Assembly: GCA_002269645.1 (NCBI GenBank)
Contig: NIVC01000734.1
Coordinates: 124,001-188,000 of the forward strand
Length of the DNA: 64,000 nt
Reading direction: 5' to 3'
From: Macrostomum lignano
Taxonomy: Eukaryota
This document shows, one piece after another, positions 31,855-45,292 of the stretch. A program made the position numbers and the translations under genes. The notes beneath the pieces were generated by a model. The model searched no databases. It was given only the letters and a program-made list of their open reading frames with translations, and was not told where the DNA came from. Position 1 is the first letter of the stretch, and each line of letters begins with the position of its first letter.

Positions 31855-34800
31855 GTGGAGCAGCGGTTGGGATTACGATACCGACTCCGACTCCAGACCA
31901 ACTAGTTAGGAAGTTTAGTAGTGAAGCTGCTGTTGGGAATACCATACCAACAAGCGCTCAAGAGAAAACAGCATCCTATCAGTAAGTAGATAGATTATAG
32001 TATATCATAGTATATCAGCTATTAGGATTAGATCGCGCGAAGCTCGCTGCAAATTAGAAACAGTTGAATTCTCGCCTTATAGAAGTGAGAATGTCATTGA
32101 ACCGATCCCGTTCGTTAGAAAGTGGTTCAGAGCAAATTCCGAATAAGAACAGGGGCGCAACCGCCGCTGCAGCCGCATCTCGATGCGCTAGCCGTGATGA
32201 TGGCATATTTGGAGCAGACGCAGACTTCATTAGAGGTCTTGGCGCAGGCGTGAATGCTAACCTGCTGCAAAACCTGCTCGTAAATATGAACAGGCAAATG
32301 AATCTGCAGACTAAAAAGCAGATTAGAATCGCCAAGTACAAGCCATCAATGGACATTCGAATTTGGCTCGAAATGTTTGAGATGAAGTCTGAGAGAGAAG
32401 AAGTCAATGACATGAGAGAGAGGAAAGCTTTAACCATGGATAGCCTGGATATGGAGACTGCCCTCGCCGCAGTTCTGCATATGAAGCTACCCCATGACCT
32501 TCCTTATCACAGCTTTAGGGAGCAGCTCATTGAGCGCTTCGAGAAGCTTGGCGGACCAAACGCCGATAGGAAAGAGTTTCGCTCTCGATTGTAGCGAAAG
32601 AATGAGTCAGTAGATGACTACGCTGAAACGCTTCAGGCACTCGGAGAACAAGCGTACCTGAACCTGAGAGCTGAGCAAATTGAGATAGAGCTCGTAGATG
32701 CTTTCACCCGCGGTGTACGCGTAAGCCCTGAAACCCGCAAGAAGCTTCTACTGATGCAACCGGCTACGATAATGGAGGCAAAGCGTGCGCTTAAGCGCAT
32801 AGAGGCTGCGCGAGAGTTCGCCAATCGAACTCGTGACGCGCCCGTCCGGATGATGCAAGATGACTCACGATCATCAGAGCATTCCATCCCTAAAGGCCTC
32901 CCAAGAATTGATGACTAGGCAGACAGCCGCGCTGGAACGCCAGCAGCAGGCTACGCAGCAGTTGCTTGAGCTTGTTAGCTCGCACGGCGCTGGTCCGTCA
33001 GGACAACAGCAGCCGAGAGCTGCGCATCGCCAGCAGTCCCGCTGGTCGAGCAACATCGAGATTCCGAGATATCGTCAGCGTGCAACATGCTATGGCTGTG
33101 GCCAGGAAGGCCATCTTCTCGGAAAATGCCAGCGATACAAGGAGAAGCAAGCGCTCGGAAAGCGCTATTCGTGTGAACGCTGCGGAGAGTCAGGACATGT
33201 TGTCCAAGACTGTCCCGCGCGTGGTATTGATCGACAGTACAAGAAGAAAGTTTCGGGAAACGGCGCCGCAGGCAGTTGCGACGGCAAAAACCCCTGCGTC
33301 AACAGCCAAGAGCCCGCACGCAGCCAAGAACACCCGGCGACAGTAAGCTTCGCTGGAGGAGAGGAGGCACGACGCTCAGACCAACAGGGTTTGAGTGAGA
33401 TCGGTGCCAATTTTGTACAAAATTTATGCGATGCCGACCCATATGTTACGGCACATATATCCCGATACAGTGTCGCCTTCCTGTTAGATACCGGTAGCAG
33501 ACGGAATCTAATTGGCAGTGACACTTGGTCTGCGATTAAAGCGCAGCACTCAAATTGCGTAGTTTTACCTATTTATTCCGATGCGATCCAAATGTATAAT
33601 GGATCTGCACTAGCGCTGCTTGGCAAAGTGTTTATTTCGATTAAGTTTGGCGACGAAGTGAAAGTGGCGAAAGGGCGCCAAGATTTGAAAGGCACGCCCC
33701 TGATTTTCGAGCCACTGAAATCCGGTAGTAGAGTAGGCAGCCTTACTTATACTATGGCGCCAGCACTCTTGACCGTGAATGAAGGCCACAGCTATTTAGA
33801 AATAATCAATAATAGTTCGGCTGAAATTACGATTAGAAACAATGTACTGCTTGTAGTAGCTAGTCCGCTTAACTGGCAAGACTTAGCTTACTTTGAAGAG
33901 CCATCAGAGGCGCGAGTCAGACACTTGCAGCCGGATGATGCCCAAGCAAGAAAGAAGAGCTGGATAGATCAGATAGAAATTAGTGACCAGCTCTCAGCAG
34001 ATCAGAAGAGAGTAGTTAGAGAACTGCTGCTCCAAAAGAGCGCAGCTTTCGCCAAAGACGAGCTAGACCATGGGCTCACGCATCTAGTGACTCATGAGAT
34101 GATCATGACTGATAACACTCCAGTCAGAATTCCGCCGCGCAGAGTGCCGCGCACTTGCACGAAAAGCTCGATGGCGTAATAGACGAGATGTTGGCAAAGA
34201 ACATCATTAGGCCAGCATACTCCAGTTACAACTCGCCAGTGCTGTTAGTACCTAAAAAAGGTGGAAAAGTTAGATTAGTGTTAGATTATCGCGAGTTGAA
34301 TAAGAAATGTTTAAGGCACGTCTATCCTCTGCCTAACATTCAAAATACCTTTGCTTGCTTAAAGGGCTCGAATTTCTATTGCTCCTAGAAGGATTGAAGC
34401 CCCATATTGCGCTCGGGTATATGGATGACATCCTAGTTCATTCAGTGACCTTTGAGCAGCATCTTGCGCACTTAGAAACAGTGCTGTAACGCGTAATTGA
34501 CGCGAAACTGAAGCTTAAAGCGAAGAAATGTTCGCTGTTCTCAGCCGAGTTGAGTTGGCTTACTTAGGACATAAGCTAACTCCTGAAGGTGTCAAGACGG
34601 AAGAGGCGAAACTCGCCGCTATGCGCGATTTGCCAGTGCCGCGCACAGCATCGCAGCTGCGCAGTTTTCTAGGCCTGGCCCAGTACTATAAAAAGTACAT
34701 TAAGGACTATTCTAGTATAGCATCGCCATTACACGCTTTAACGCGCAAAACTATCACTAGCCTGTCAAAATTATGGACTGATGAGCATCAACAAGCTTTT

Positions 34801-36874
34801 CAGGCCCTGAAGGACAAATTATGTTCTTCAGAAGTTTTAGCCTATCCTGAATTTACCAGTGATCCTAAGGTGTCATTCATCTTGGACACAGATGCTAGTG
34901 ATATTGGAATTGGCGCATGCTTAGGCCAGATTCATTCTGATGGCGAAGAGCATCCTATTGCTTACTTCAGCTGCAAGTTGTCAGCTGCAGAAATGCGCTA
35001 CACGACAACTAAGAAATAGTTGTTGGCGATTGTCAATTCTCTCTGACATTTCCGCTGTTATCTACTAGGGAAGAAGTTTAAGATTAGGACAGACCATTCC
35101 GCGCTGTGCTGGCTACTTCGCCAAACTGAAGCCACCGGAATTCTAGGTCGCTGGGTGCAGAGGTTGAGTGAGTTTGATTTCGAGTTGTTCCATAGAGCAG
35201 GGAAACTGCACGTCAACGCTGACACGTTGTCCAGGAAGCCGGAGACCCCGGCCCAATGTTCAACTAGCGCCACGAGTGCGCCAGCGGAAGATGCGGCTGT
35301 AAAGCGCATCAAAAGTGCCTGCGAAAAATCAGACTGGCAAAGAAGCGAGGAGGCCATTGTGAATTCAGCCCACCCGCCAGAAATCCCTCAACACTCAGGA
35401 TGTGAAGAAGGCGCATTAAGGCCCGAATGCTTTCTCATGAGCCCGCCTAATGCAACCGATAGCCTAACTAAGACTCCATGGCTCGACTGCTTGAAGGTCA
35501 AATCGAAGCGATCACTGACCCTGATGTCGAGCAATCCTGCTGAGAGGGGCACTGAAGCGTCGATACGATGCGGATTCCAATCCCGCCTTCGACATGCCAA
35601 TCAGCAGTGGATGAAGAATTCTGCCAGAGCCAGAAAGGACTGACTGACGCTCTAGAAGCACCGATTACGAGACAGGAGCTGCTTGAATCGCAGAAGAGAG
35701 ACCCTGTGCTCGCGAAAATCGCTGAGTTGAAGGCGCAGAGTGCGCCCAAACCGTCTTTTGACGAGAGACTAAGCATGAGCAAGGAAATGAGGAACCTGCT
35801 CGGGTACTATGAGACCCTATACTTAGATAATGAAGGCATTCTGGGCATTATGGGTCGATGATAATCGACCCATTAGATTTGTCTTGCCAAAGGAGTTAGA
35901 CGCTGCAGTAATGCACGCACTGCATGACTCCCCGCTAAGCGGCCATTTGGGCCAGAAAAAGACTCTGCGGAGAGTCCAGCAGTTATTCTGGAGACCCGGA
36001 ATATGATTATGACCCGGAATATGAGACCCGGAATATGAACATGGACGGGGGCGTCCATGATCTGGAGATCATGGACGCCCCCGAGCGCGTGTACCCGGAA
36101 AAGAAAATCTACTCCGGAAAAAGGAGGAACAGCTCCGATGAGAACGAGCCACCAAGAGTACCTTCTGTACGAGCGATAGAATCGGCTGAAGAGCCTGTGA
36201 AAGTCCCTGAATGCAAAGAATCGATTGAGAATGAGAAAGGAGAAGAAAAATTAGTAGTTGATTTGGGAGGAGTAGACCTGGAGGAGGCAACTAGGCGTGA
36301 AGAAGAGCTGAGACAAGAACAGGACGAATTCCTGAAAATGTTGCTAGACATTGAATTGCCCGACATTGAGGAGGCCCTGAGCCCAGCTGATGAGGCTCCA
36401 GTGGCACAGGATCAGCCAGATAACGAACAGAAAGAGCGGAAGCCGGCTCCGGGGGCTAATGAGCCTATCCTGAACGTCGCCGGGCTCTTCCAGGCCGACG
36501 CACAGCAGCCAAGTAATCCGGACACAATGATCGAGTCATCAGGTGCCAGCCCGAGAGAATTTCGAAGATGCACCAAAGCACTTAGGAAATGGTTGCTACG
36601 TACCGGCAGCACGGGCCTGTACGACCCGACGGTGCCAACGGAGTGCACCAGGTTCATAGCCAAAGCTACTGCTGCGCAGCGCGTACAGAGCCTGGAGGTA
36701 GCCTGTACTTACGCCCTGCAGTATGCAGAAGAGCGGGCAAGAGGACCAATATCGCCGTTCCAGGTGAGCGAACACATGCGAGATCTGGTGGAGCTTTTTG
36801 ACACGGAAGGAAGACTCCGTCTACAGGACTTTTGTATCAATGTGCGCAACGGGCACCTACGTGTCGGCCATTAG
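31855..36874 (+). mobile_element. Gypsy element G1: gag (two CCHC knuckles), protease, deleted RT, RNase H, integrase mostly deleted, extra 3' ORF
   Basis: Possible PBS TGGTGGAG at 31855; CYGCGQEGHLLGKC and CERCGESGHVVQDC; LLDTGS; DTDASDIGIGA; LHDSPLSGHLG followed by a deletion junction. Confidence 0.85.
36071..36874 (+). CDS. Gypsy G1 extra ORF (ORF3), unknown function
   Basis: Collinear protein similarity to 43962-44678 despite many DNA differences. Confidence 0.75.
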   Translation: MDAPERVYPEKKIYSGKRRNSSDENEPPRVPSVRAIESAEEPVKVPECKESIENEKGEEKLVVDLGGVDLEEATRREEELRQEQDEFLKMLLDIELPDIEEALSPADEAPVAQDQPDNEQKERKPAPGANEPILNVAGLFQADAQQPSNPDTMIESSGASPREFRRCTKALRKWLLRTGSTGLYDPTVPTECTRFIAKATAAQRVQSLEVACTYALQYAEERARGPISPFQVSEHMRDLVELFDTEGRLRLQDFCINVRNGHLRVGH

Positions 36875-37350
36875 GGCAACTGTAACGATCAAGGGGAAAT
36901 TAGTAAACAATACTCCCTTACTCTTTTCACAAAATTAGCAATATAGCTTATTTTTCCTTTTTTAGTTGTTTTCTGCATTTACACAGTGCCATGAGCATAC
37001 CTTTATTACCTTTGCGCAGTGGTTTGAGTGAATGCGAAATTGTGTGCGCGCAGGGAACTACTCTTAACAGATAAAGGCGTAAAACTCTGACAAAAGCTGC
37101 AAGTGGTCGAACGCAAAAAAAATCGGAGTGACCCTTTTACGATACCTTGGAGGGAAAGATTCCAGCCTCATACCAAGGACACAAGATTGCCAGCACACAG
37201 AAAAGACAAGAGAACAACCGGTGGAAGGTGATCCGTGCAATCAAGGAGAGTAAGGAGAGCAAGCCACGTTAAAAAATAATAACCAGCAGCAACCAGGAGC
37301 CTGCAGGAGTCTGCTATCAGCTTAATAATTATTATGTTATTAATAATACA

Positions 37351-37800
37351 TTGAAGAGAATGAGGCCCAGCGTGTCAGAGTCAGCACCTGCAGGAAATGA
37401 CTCGCGTGCAAGAAAGGCAATCAGCATTTTACCTGGAGCAATTGGCGCGTCAGTAAGCGGAGTTCACGAAACTCCGGCCGAGTCTAAGCCACGACCGCAA
37501 GCAGCGGAGCCCAAGCTGTTTAAGCTGACGGACTCTGATGACATCAAGGCATTACTGATGACCTCTGAAAAGGGCAGCGGACTGGGGAAAGCTGTATCAA
37601 TTTACTGTGATGCTAATGGGCTTCAAATGCAGTAGCGCGACGTACCAGAGGCTCATGGAAAAGCTGCTTCAAGGGCTGGACAAGGCAGACTCCTACATCG
37701 ACAACATCGCTGTGTTTAGCCCGACATTTGAGCAGCACGTCAAGGACCTAGGGGAGGTATTCGGTTGCCTCAAGGCTGCCGGTTTCTGTATTCCGGAGTT
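37351..37800 (+). mobile_element. Internally deleted Gypsy relic (gag start joined to an RT fragment)
   Basis: PKLFKLTDSDDIKA (gag-like) and ATYQRLMEKLL..SYIDNIAVFS (RT). Confidence 0.55.
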
Positions 37801-39249
37801 AAGGATCTCCGGCCCGGAGATTCAACACGAAAAATTACGCGATTTTACAACTGCCCGCACGGATATCAGAAACCCTGACATAAGATAATGTTAGAGATCG
37901 CCGCCATGCTAGACTCTCCGAAGTATTGTTATCGTAGAAAATAAAAGCTATATTAAATTTCTCTGATTTTAAAAAGCCCAGCATGTGAGCAGCCTAGCTT
38001 GCGGAACTTTTTCGATAAGTTCATATACAGGTGTATTTTATTCATACGGCCCGTTCAGACAGCCATCAATCAAGTGAGGCTAAATTTTGTTTTTCGTCTT
38101 TTATACACAAATATGTACTCGTAAGTCGAATGATTTGATTGCGTAGTTTGACGACGGAAGGAATGAGCCATTGAGCGCGACAAGTGAAAAAATGCAAATT
38201 GTAGCTCGTGTATAAGTAGTGAAGGCATATGATGAGCCTTAGTCAGTTTGGGTTTTTTACTTTCTAATAGTCGACTGAACAATGACCACGCACAAGACCC
38301 TGTCGAACTGAACGCCAGAGAGAAAAGCAATTCGAAGAGGTGTATGAGGGAAAAGAGCATCTCCAGTTTTTTGTTACTATTGTATTGCGGAAAAATGTAC
38401 TGACAACACATTTACTCGATTAACCAAAGCTTGCTATTTTGCCCTGAATTCAGGAAGCAAAGTGTGAACAGCTTGCACAGGGGAACATAGGCTTCCTTCA
38501 GAAAATCCGGCAGAGCGAAGAAACCATTGACTGGATTATGTTACTCAGAATCGCAACGCTGCAAACGCCTTCGTTAAAAAAACCCAAAACTGTGGGAGTG
38601 GTGACTTGCTTCCTGCATGACGAGCAAGACAGTTGTTGCCCTGGATTTGAGTGCGTTTTGACCTGGGAACAGACAGCCGACGGTGCAGGGCGCAAACTCG
38701 TCGAAGGCATTGCTGTACAAAATTACCATTATAACAGTACAATACTGGAGTTAATACTTTAGTTACCATAGATAAGATTACCATTCTCTAGCTGGCTGGC
38801 AAGGGGCCTAGCCAAAGTAAGTTGCAAAATGCCTACCAAAAATATAATGCAGTGCTAATTAGATGACAAGGCATTTAAAATAACAATAGTCAAGCTACTC
38901 CGGTCATTTATACAAAATTACATTAATTCTTTAATTCTGCTTAGGTTGTTTTATTAGGTAAGTTGTATTTTTAGTAAAAAGTGAGTCCCATGGACAGTGT
39001 AAATCAGGGGGTGGGGTTGTGTATGTATATACATGTCTTTATTTCTAAATCGCACTCGAATAAAGTTTTTGAGCAAAAAGTTGATCATAATAGATTTGTA
39101 GATTATAGATGGAAGTTATTAAGACATAACATAAATGAAAATAACACCTTCAAAAGGGCATTTTTCGTCCTACAATACCCGCATTTTACATCAATTTCAT
39201 TATATAATAACCCAATAGAGAATAGTAAGAATTGAAACAGACGTATCGA

Positions 39250-42200
39250 ATTGTACCTGCTCGTATCTTACTGTTGAACAAAAGGTCAAGCAGCAGCAGC
39301 CGTCAGGTAACAGGTTAAATGTAACAGGTGTGGCAAGCTAGGTCACTTAGCTAAGAATTGTAGACAGCCACATCCGCAGAACCAGCTTAGGTACCCGGCT
39401 CAGCAGCAGATGCAGTATTAGCAGCCGCAGTATCAGCAGCCGATGTACTCACAGCAGCAGATGCAGCCGCAGTATCCGCAGCCGCATTACCCTCAGCTGC
39501 AGAATTCGGGAAACGGAGTAGACGGAAGCGTCGGAGGCAACGCTTTCCAGTAGTAGATCCCTCACAGTCTGTAGCCTCACAACCTGTAAATAGCAGCGAT
39601 AATTTTTCTGTAAATAGTGAATTGAATTCGTTAGTGTATAACAGTAGGCATGCGCAAACATTTAATCAATCATTTAATCAGCCAAACATTTACGCTCAGC
39701 ACTTTTCAACCGCACCACAACAGCAACCTTATTCTGGAAAGCAGCAGCTAAAACAATCAGAAATAATTGAGCAAACTAAAACGCAAATTTACGATCCGTA
39801 CATCACTGGAAGCATTTTAAATAAGGAAATAGTTTATCTATTAGACACTGGCAGTAATAGAAATATCTTAGGACGCGAAACCTGGAAGCATCTTTTCACT
39901 GGTAAGAATAGGCATCTAATTAAGCATTGGGACAATAAAATTCTTTCCTTTATGGAAGAGCCTATTCCAATTAAGGGTTTCGTAGTTATTAAGGCAACAT
40001 TTAGCTATTTCGAAGAAGTTGAATTTCTCTTATGCGACGCAGATGTAGACAATGTAATAGGTGTGACGTTTGTCCAAAAATATTGTACTACTATTGACTT
40101 CGATGCAGGAATGCTAACCATGAAACAAGGAACTAGAATTCCGCTTCGATCAACCAGAGCTAAGCCTCAATTTAGGAGAATCTATGTCGCAGAAAAGACA
40201 ACAGTTCCAGCCAATAGTTCAGGATTAGTCAAGGTCAGATTAGCAGCAGGTAGTGAACTAATTTCGGAGTGCCATCAGTTGTTGAGCCACTCGGATCAGG
40301 ATTAAAGACTAGGACAGAGAAAGTAACTATAGTGCCAAGTTTAGTAACTCTAAGACAAGGGGAAGCTTATTTAGAAGTGATAAACACCAGTTCACAGGAA
40401 GCTAGAGTATCAGCATCAGCATTAGTTGGGGTGGCTAAACCACTCTTAGCTAGCGAGCTTAACTATCTGAAGGAACAGCCAGAAAAAGAGCAGAATAAGA
40501 GCACGCAGTCTTGCGGAAGCAAGGAAAAGATCAGTCAGGTGCAGGAGAAGTCAGAAGACTGGATTAGTGAGATTAATATAGGAACTGAATTGACTCAGGA
40601 ACAGAGACAAAATGTGATCGAGGTCGTCAAGGAACATTCAGCAGCTTTCTCGCAGCACGAGTTAGACTTAGGCAGAACGCAGTTAGTCACACATGAAATT
40701 ATCTTGAAGGATAACAACCCAGTTCAGATACCAGCTAGGAAAATTCCACCTCATTGGATCAAGGAGGTAGATGAACAGTTAGATTTAATGTTGGCTAGAG
40801 GCATCATTAGGCCTAGTTACTCGCAGTACTCGACTCCATTAGTCATAGTACCTAAAAACGACGGTTCGCTGAGATTAGTTAACGATTATCGAGCACTAAA
40901 TAACAAATCGGAGTACTTTCCGTATCCAATAACTAATATTAATGAAACATTCTCGTGTCTCCATGGAGCCAGTCAATTCTCTATGTTAGATCTATTCTCA
41001 GGATATTATCAGATAGCTCTTAGGGAAGAAGATAAGTGCAAGACTAGCTTTCCAACTTAACATCGAGGCTCGTTTGAGTACGAAGTTTTGCCAATGGGAC
41101 TGCAAGGAGCCCCAGGAACTTTTCAAAGGTGCATTAACTTAGTTCTTAAGAACATTGCACAAAAGTTTGCCATAGCTTACTTAGATGATGTAACAGTTTA
41201 TAGTACGGACTGTGAATCTCACTTAGAACACCTGAAAGAAGTGCTCAAAAGTCTAATCCAAGCTAACATGAAACTAAAAGCGAAGAAATGTCACCTTTTC
41301 AAATCAGAACTGCAATATCTAGGACACGTCATAGGCAAATCAGGAATTAAGAGAGATGCGTCAAAGTTAGAAGCGATTAGGAACTGGCCAAAACCTAAAT
41401 CTCTGACAGAGCTTCGAAGTTTTCTTGGACTCTGTAACTTTTATCGAAAGTTTGTTAGAGATTTCGCCGAGGTAGCAGCACCACTCTGTGAGCTAACGAA
41501 GAAGAACATCAAGTGTATCCAGGACAAATGGACCAGGATTCATGATGAATGCTTCGAGCTGTTGAAGGAACGGATGTGTTCCGAAGAAGTGCTTGCTTAC
41601 CCAGAGTTTAATACAGACCCCCCAAGTTTACTTTGTGTTAGACACTGATGCATCAGATGTCAGAATTGGGGCGGTCTTAAATCAAGTACAGAGCGACGGA
41701 GTTGAGAGACCGATCGCGTATTAAAGTCGGAAAATGAGGCAGTCAGAAAGTAGATATCCGATTACGAGGAAGGAGCTTCTAGCGTTTGTTGACTCGCTGA
41801 AGTACTTCAGGTTTTACCTCGTAGGGAAACGTTTTAAAGTGCGCACTGATCACAATGCCCTAACCTGGTTGCTTCGCCAGACCGAGCAGACAGGCATTTT
41901 AGGTCGTTGGATAGAGAGACTTAGTAAATTTGATTTTGAGATTGAGCATAGAAGTGGCCCTAAGCATGTGAATGCTGATGCTCTATCCAGGATCCCGGAT
42001 CCTCAACAGGATGAGTCATCCCCATATGCCAGGTCGCTTAGCTGTAGGGCAACTGTGAACACAGACCCAGCATCAGCTGTTACTGTGAGCTCAGGCAATT
42101 CCGCGCAAGCCGAAACCTGTAGTTTGCACAGTGGAGTTACGTCATGCTGTTCGCCGCAGAATATGGCGCCGAACCGACACAATACTCCGAGTTTTAGTAG

Positions 42201-44990
42201 CAGCTTGCTAAGCAAATGCAAGAACAGGAGCCTAAGGAAAGGTACCCGCTTGTTTGGAATGCACTGCTGAGTGATTACCTTCGTAGCCCTGTGCGTCACG
42301 AAAATTTGGTCGCAGCTCAGCTAGCCGACCCCGCACTAAGCTATGTCAGGAATCTGATTGAATCTGACTTGCCGAAACCGAACTTACAAGAAAGACTAGA
42401 ATTGTCTCACGAGATTAGAAATCTGCTAGGTTACTTTGAACTCTTCAGGATAGAAGACAGTGTTCTCCGAATAGACTTAAGTTTTATCTCTTCCTAGATG
42501 ACCTGCTAACGGCGAATCGTGGAATTCGTGAAAAACTTCACCATCCAAAGACTTGGGCAACCACTTTAGATTCGTTCCGCCCTAAATTTATCAGCGAGTT
42601 AAGGAAAGATTTTGGAGAGTAGGATTAGCTACAGCAGTCGAAAAGTACGTCGCCAATTGCAAATCCTGTTTAGAAAGCAAATCAAGAAAGCGATGCAAGG
42701 CACCAGTGCAGAATTTTCATATTGTCGAGCCATTCTCACGCCTTCACATTAATTTGATAGGTCTGATCAGTCAGACTAGCAAATCTGGTAACAAATATGT
42801 CTTGTCAGTTATTGACAGCACTAGCAAATTTCCATTTGCGTTTGCAATTAAAAATCAGAAGGCGAAGACAGTAATTAAAATTCTGCAGGAGCGAGTTTTC
42901 GCCGACTTTGGAATACCTCAGTGGATTCACACAGATCAGGGAACACAATTTACAGGGAGAGCATTTAGGAAATTTCTAGACCTCTATGGGATTAGGCACA
43001 CTAGGACAACAAGCTATCATCCACAAAGCAATGGGCTAGTAGAAAATTTAAACAAACAAATTAAGTCAATTCTTATCTGTTTGCTCGAGAAAGAACATGC
43101 GAACTGGGATGTTCTATTGCCCGGTTGTATAACCGCATTGCGCACCAGCACGCATACAGCCACAGGTTTAAGCCCGCATTATCTTGTGTTTGGAAGAGAG
43201 GCCCGGATGCCGTGTGACGTGTTTCAGCAGCCAAAGATGTTCGCTGATCTGCCTGCTTACGTTCAAGAGCACTTAACTCACCTGCAAGAGGGGCAAGAAC
43301 TCGCCAAACAGCGGCTCAAATTAATACAACGTAAGCGTGAGCAACACTATTCTAACAAACCAAAACAACCAGACTTACCTATAGGGAGCTTAGTTTTCAT
43401 CAACAACCCAGTCATCACACAGACAGAAGCCAACAAGTTCCACAGGAAGAGAAGAGCAGTCTACGAGGTCATAGAACAGTTATCAGAAGTAGTTTACAGG
43501 ATTAGACTATTAAACAAAAGTACTAGGGCTAGAAAAGAGGAATTAGTCATGCATAGGGATAATTTACTACCAACAGCCGATTACGTCAGTGATGAAGAGA
43601 AGCCAGAAAGCAGTTGTGCCAGGCGACCGAAACTTCGAGAAAATGTACCGCTTAATCCGATGTACGACGCAGCCGAAAGTGAGAGTGAGCAAGAAGAAGA
43701 AGTGCAGTTTGTGCCAGTGCAGAACCAGAACAATGTTCCAGTGCAGGATATACCAGTGCAGGATATGCCAGTGCAGGTTATGCCAGTACAAGAAGATAAT
43801 TTACCAGTGCAAAATAATAATGAGCAGCCAGCAGTCCAAACTAGACCAGTTAGAGATAGACGGGAGCTGAGTAGATTAGTGATAGACCCAGGCCGGAAGA
43901 GCTATGTACAGAAGGTAACGGAGTTGTTTAACCCCTACCTGCTTCCAGCTCGAATAGCATTATGGCTGACGCCCCGGAACGGGTATATCCCATTAAAACA
44001 ATTTATTCGGGAAAGAAAAGAAGAAGTAGCCCCGATGAGAATGAACAACCACAAGTACGATCGGTACGAGCAAGAGAAGCAACTGAGAAGCCCATAGAAG
44101 TTCAACAGCGAGAGGAATTGGACGAGGATAAAGAGGCTGGAGAATTGGTTGCAGATCTAAATGGAGTAGACCTGGGGGAGGCAACGAGAAGGCATGAAGA
44201 GGAGGTGAAGCGAGAACAGGAGGAATTCATGGCAGCTCTACTAGGAGTAGAATTGCCGGAACTCGAGGAAGAACTCAGCCCGAAGAACGACGCCCCAGCA
44301 GAAGTGTCGGGACCGCAAGAAGTGCCGGAACCTAAGGAAGCACCGGAGTCGAAGCCGACTACTAATGAGACTCCGGTCGATGTAGCTATCTTCTTCCGGG
44401 CCGACACACCGCAGCCACAAGACCTTGCTGAAAGCAACGAGCGGCCAGGAGGCAGCCCACGAAGTTTCAGGAAGAGTACCAAGGCGCTTAAAAAGTGGCT
44501 GCTGAGAACAGGCAACACTGGCCACTACAACCCGACGGTGCCGCCGGAGTGCACTCGATTTCTGGCCCAGGCCACCGCTGAGCAGAAAGTCCAGTCCAGT
44601 GTATGGAAGTCGCCTGCACGTACGCCCTCCAATAGGCTGAGGATAGGGCTAAGGGACCACTGTCGCCCTTCCAAGTAAGTGAACATCTCCGGGCCATGGT
44701 TGAATTATTCGACGCAAAGGACAGACAAACCCCCGCGACTGGCCTCCTTTACCAGTGCTCTCAGCGCGCGCCAACTTGCCGACCGATAGGGAAACTTTAA
44801 TAATAGCCAAGGATTAACACTTCAGCTTTATTAACCTTTTTTTACACAACTAAAAAGCTTTAACTATTTTTTATGTTGTCTGCATTTTTTACACAGTGCC
44901 ATAGTGCCATTTTATTTTTTTTATAATTGCACCGCTTCTCTGCCTTACGTCTCTCGCTAATATTCAGGCCAAAACCTATATGGTTACAAT
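39250..44990 (+). mobile_element. Gypsy element G2: gag C-terminus, protease, RT, RNase H, integrase, extra 3' ORF; many frameshifts
   Basis: CNRCGKLGHLAKNC; LLDTGSN; YSTPLV, LVNDYR, LDLFSGY, MPMGL, YLDDV; TDHNAL; integrase LHINL, HTDQGTQF, SNGLVENLN. Confidence 0.9.
43962..44678 (+). CDS. Gypsy G2 extra ORF (ORF3), frameshifted near its end
   Basis: Homologue of 36071-36874. Confidence 0.75.
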   Translation: MADAPERVYPIKTIYSGKKRRSSPDENEQPQVRSVRAREATEKPIEVQQREELDEDKEAGELVADLNGVDLGEATRRHEEEVKREQEEFMAALLGVELPELEEELSPKNDAPAEVSGPQEVPEPKEAPESKPTTNETPVDVAIFFRADTPQPQDLAESNERPGGSPRSFRKSTKALKKWLLRTGNTGHYNPTVPPECTRFLAQATAEQKVQSSVWKSPARTPSNRLRIGLRDHCRPSK

Positions 44991-45292
44991 CCAATTAATA
45001 TTGCTCACTTCATGCTCAAATAATATTTTTTTGCTCATTACGTAGTTATTAATTAATATGCAGTTATTACTCCAATTATTATTGTTCGTACTCAATTATT
45101 AGCTTTTAATTGCATGCCATTATCCAACTAATATTGGTCACTTCATGCTCAAATAATTTTTTTTACTCTTATTAATCATGTTGATATTGCTCATTACGTA
45201 GTTATTAATTAATATGCAGTTATTACTCCAATTATTCTTGTTCATACTCAATTATTTAGCTCGAATTGCATACCATTATCCAACTAATATTA
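44990..45292. repeat. AT-rich tandem duplication, two units of ~145-160 bp
   Basis: CACTTCATGCTCAAATAAT...GCTCATTACGTAGTTATTAATTAATATGCAGTTATTACTCCAATTATT...CATTATCCAACTAATATT occurs twice. Confidence 0.85.

Noticed and set aside
36881-37330. Paired LTRs for Gypsy G1 and G2
   Set aside because: TGTAACG at 36881 and partial similarity between ~36960 and ~44880 exist, but no matching 5' and 3' LTR pair or TSD was found.
38455-38762. Possible host exon or ORF
   Set aside because: No recognisable domain and no linked exons that I could support.
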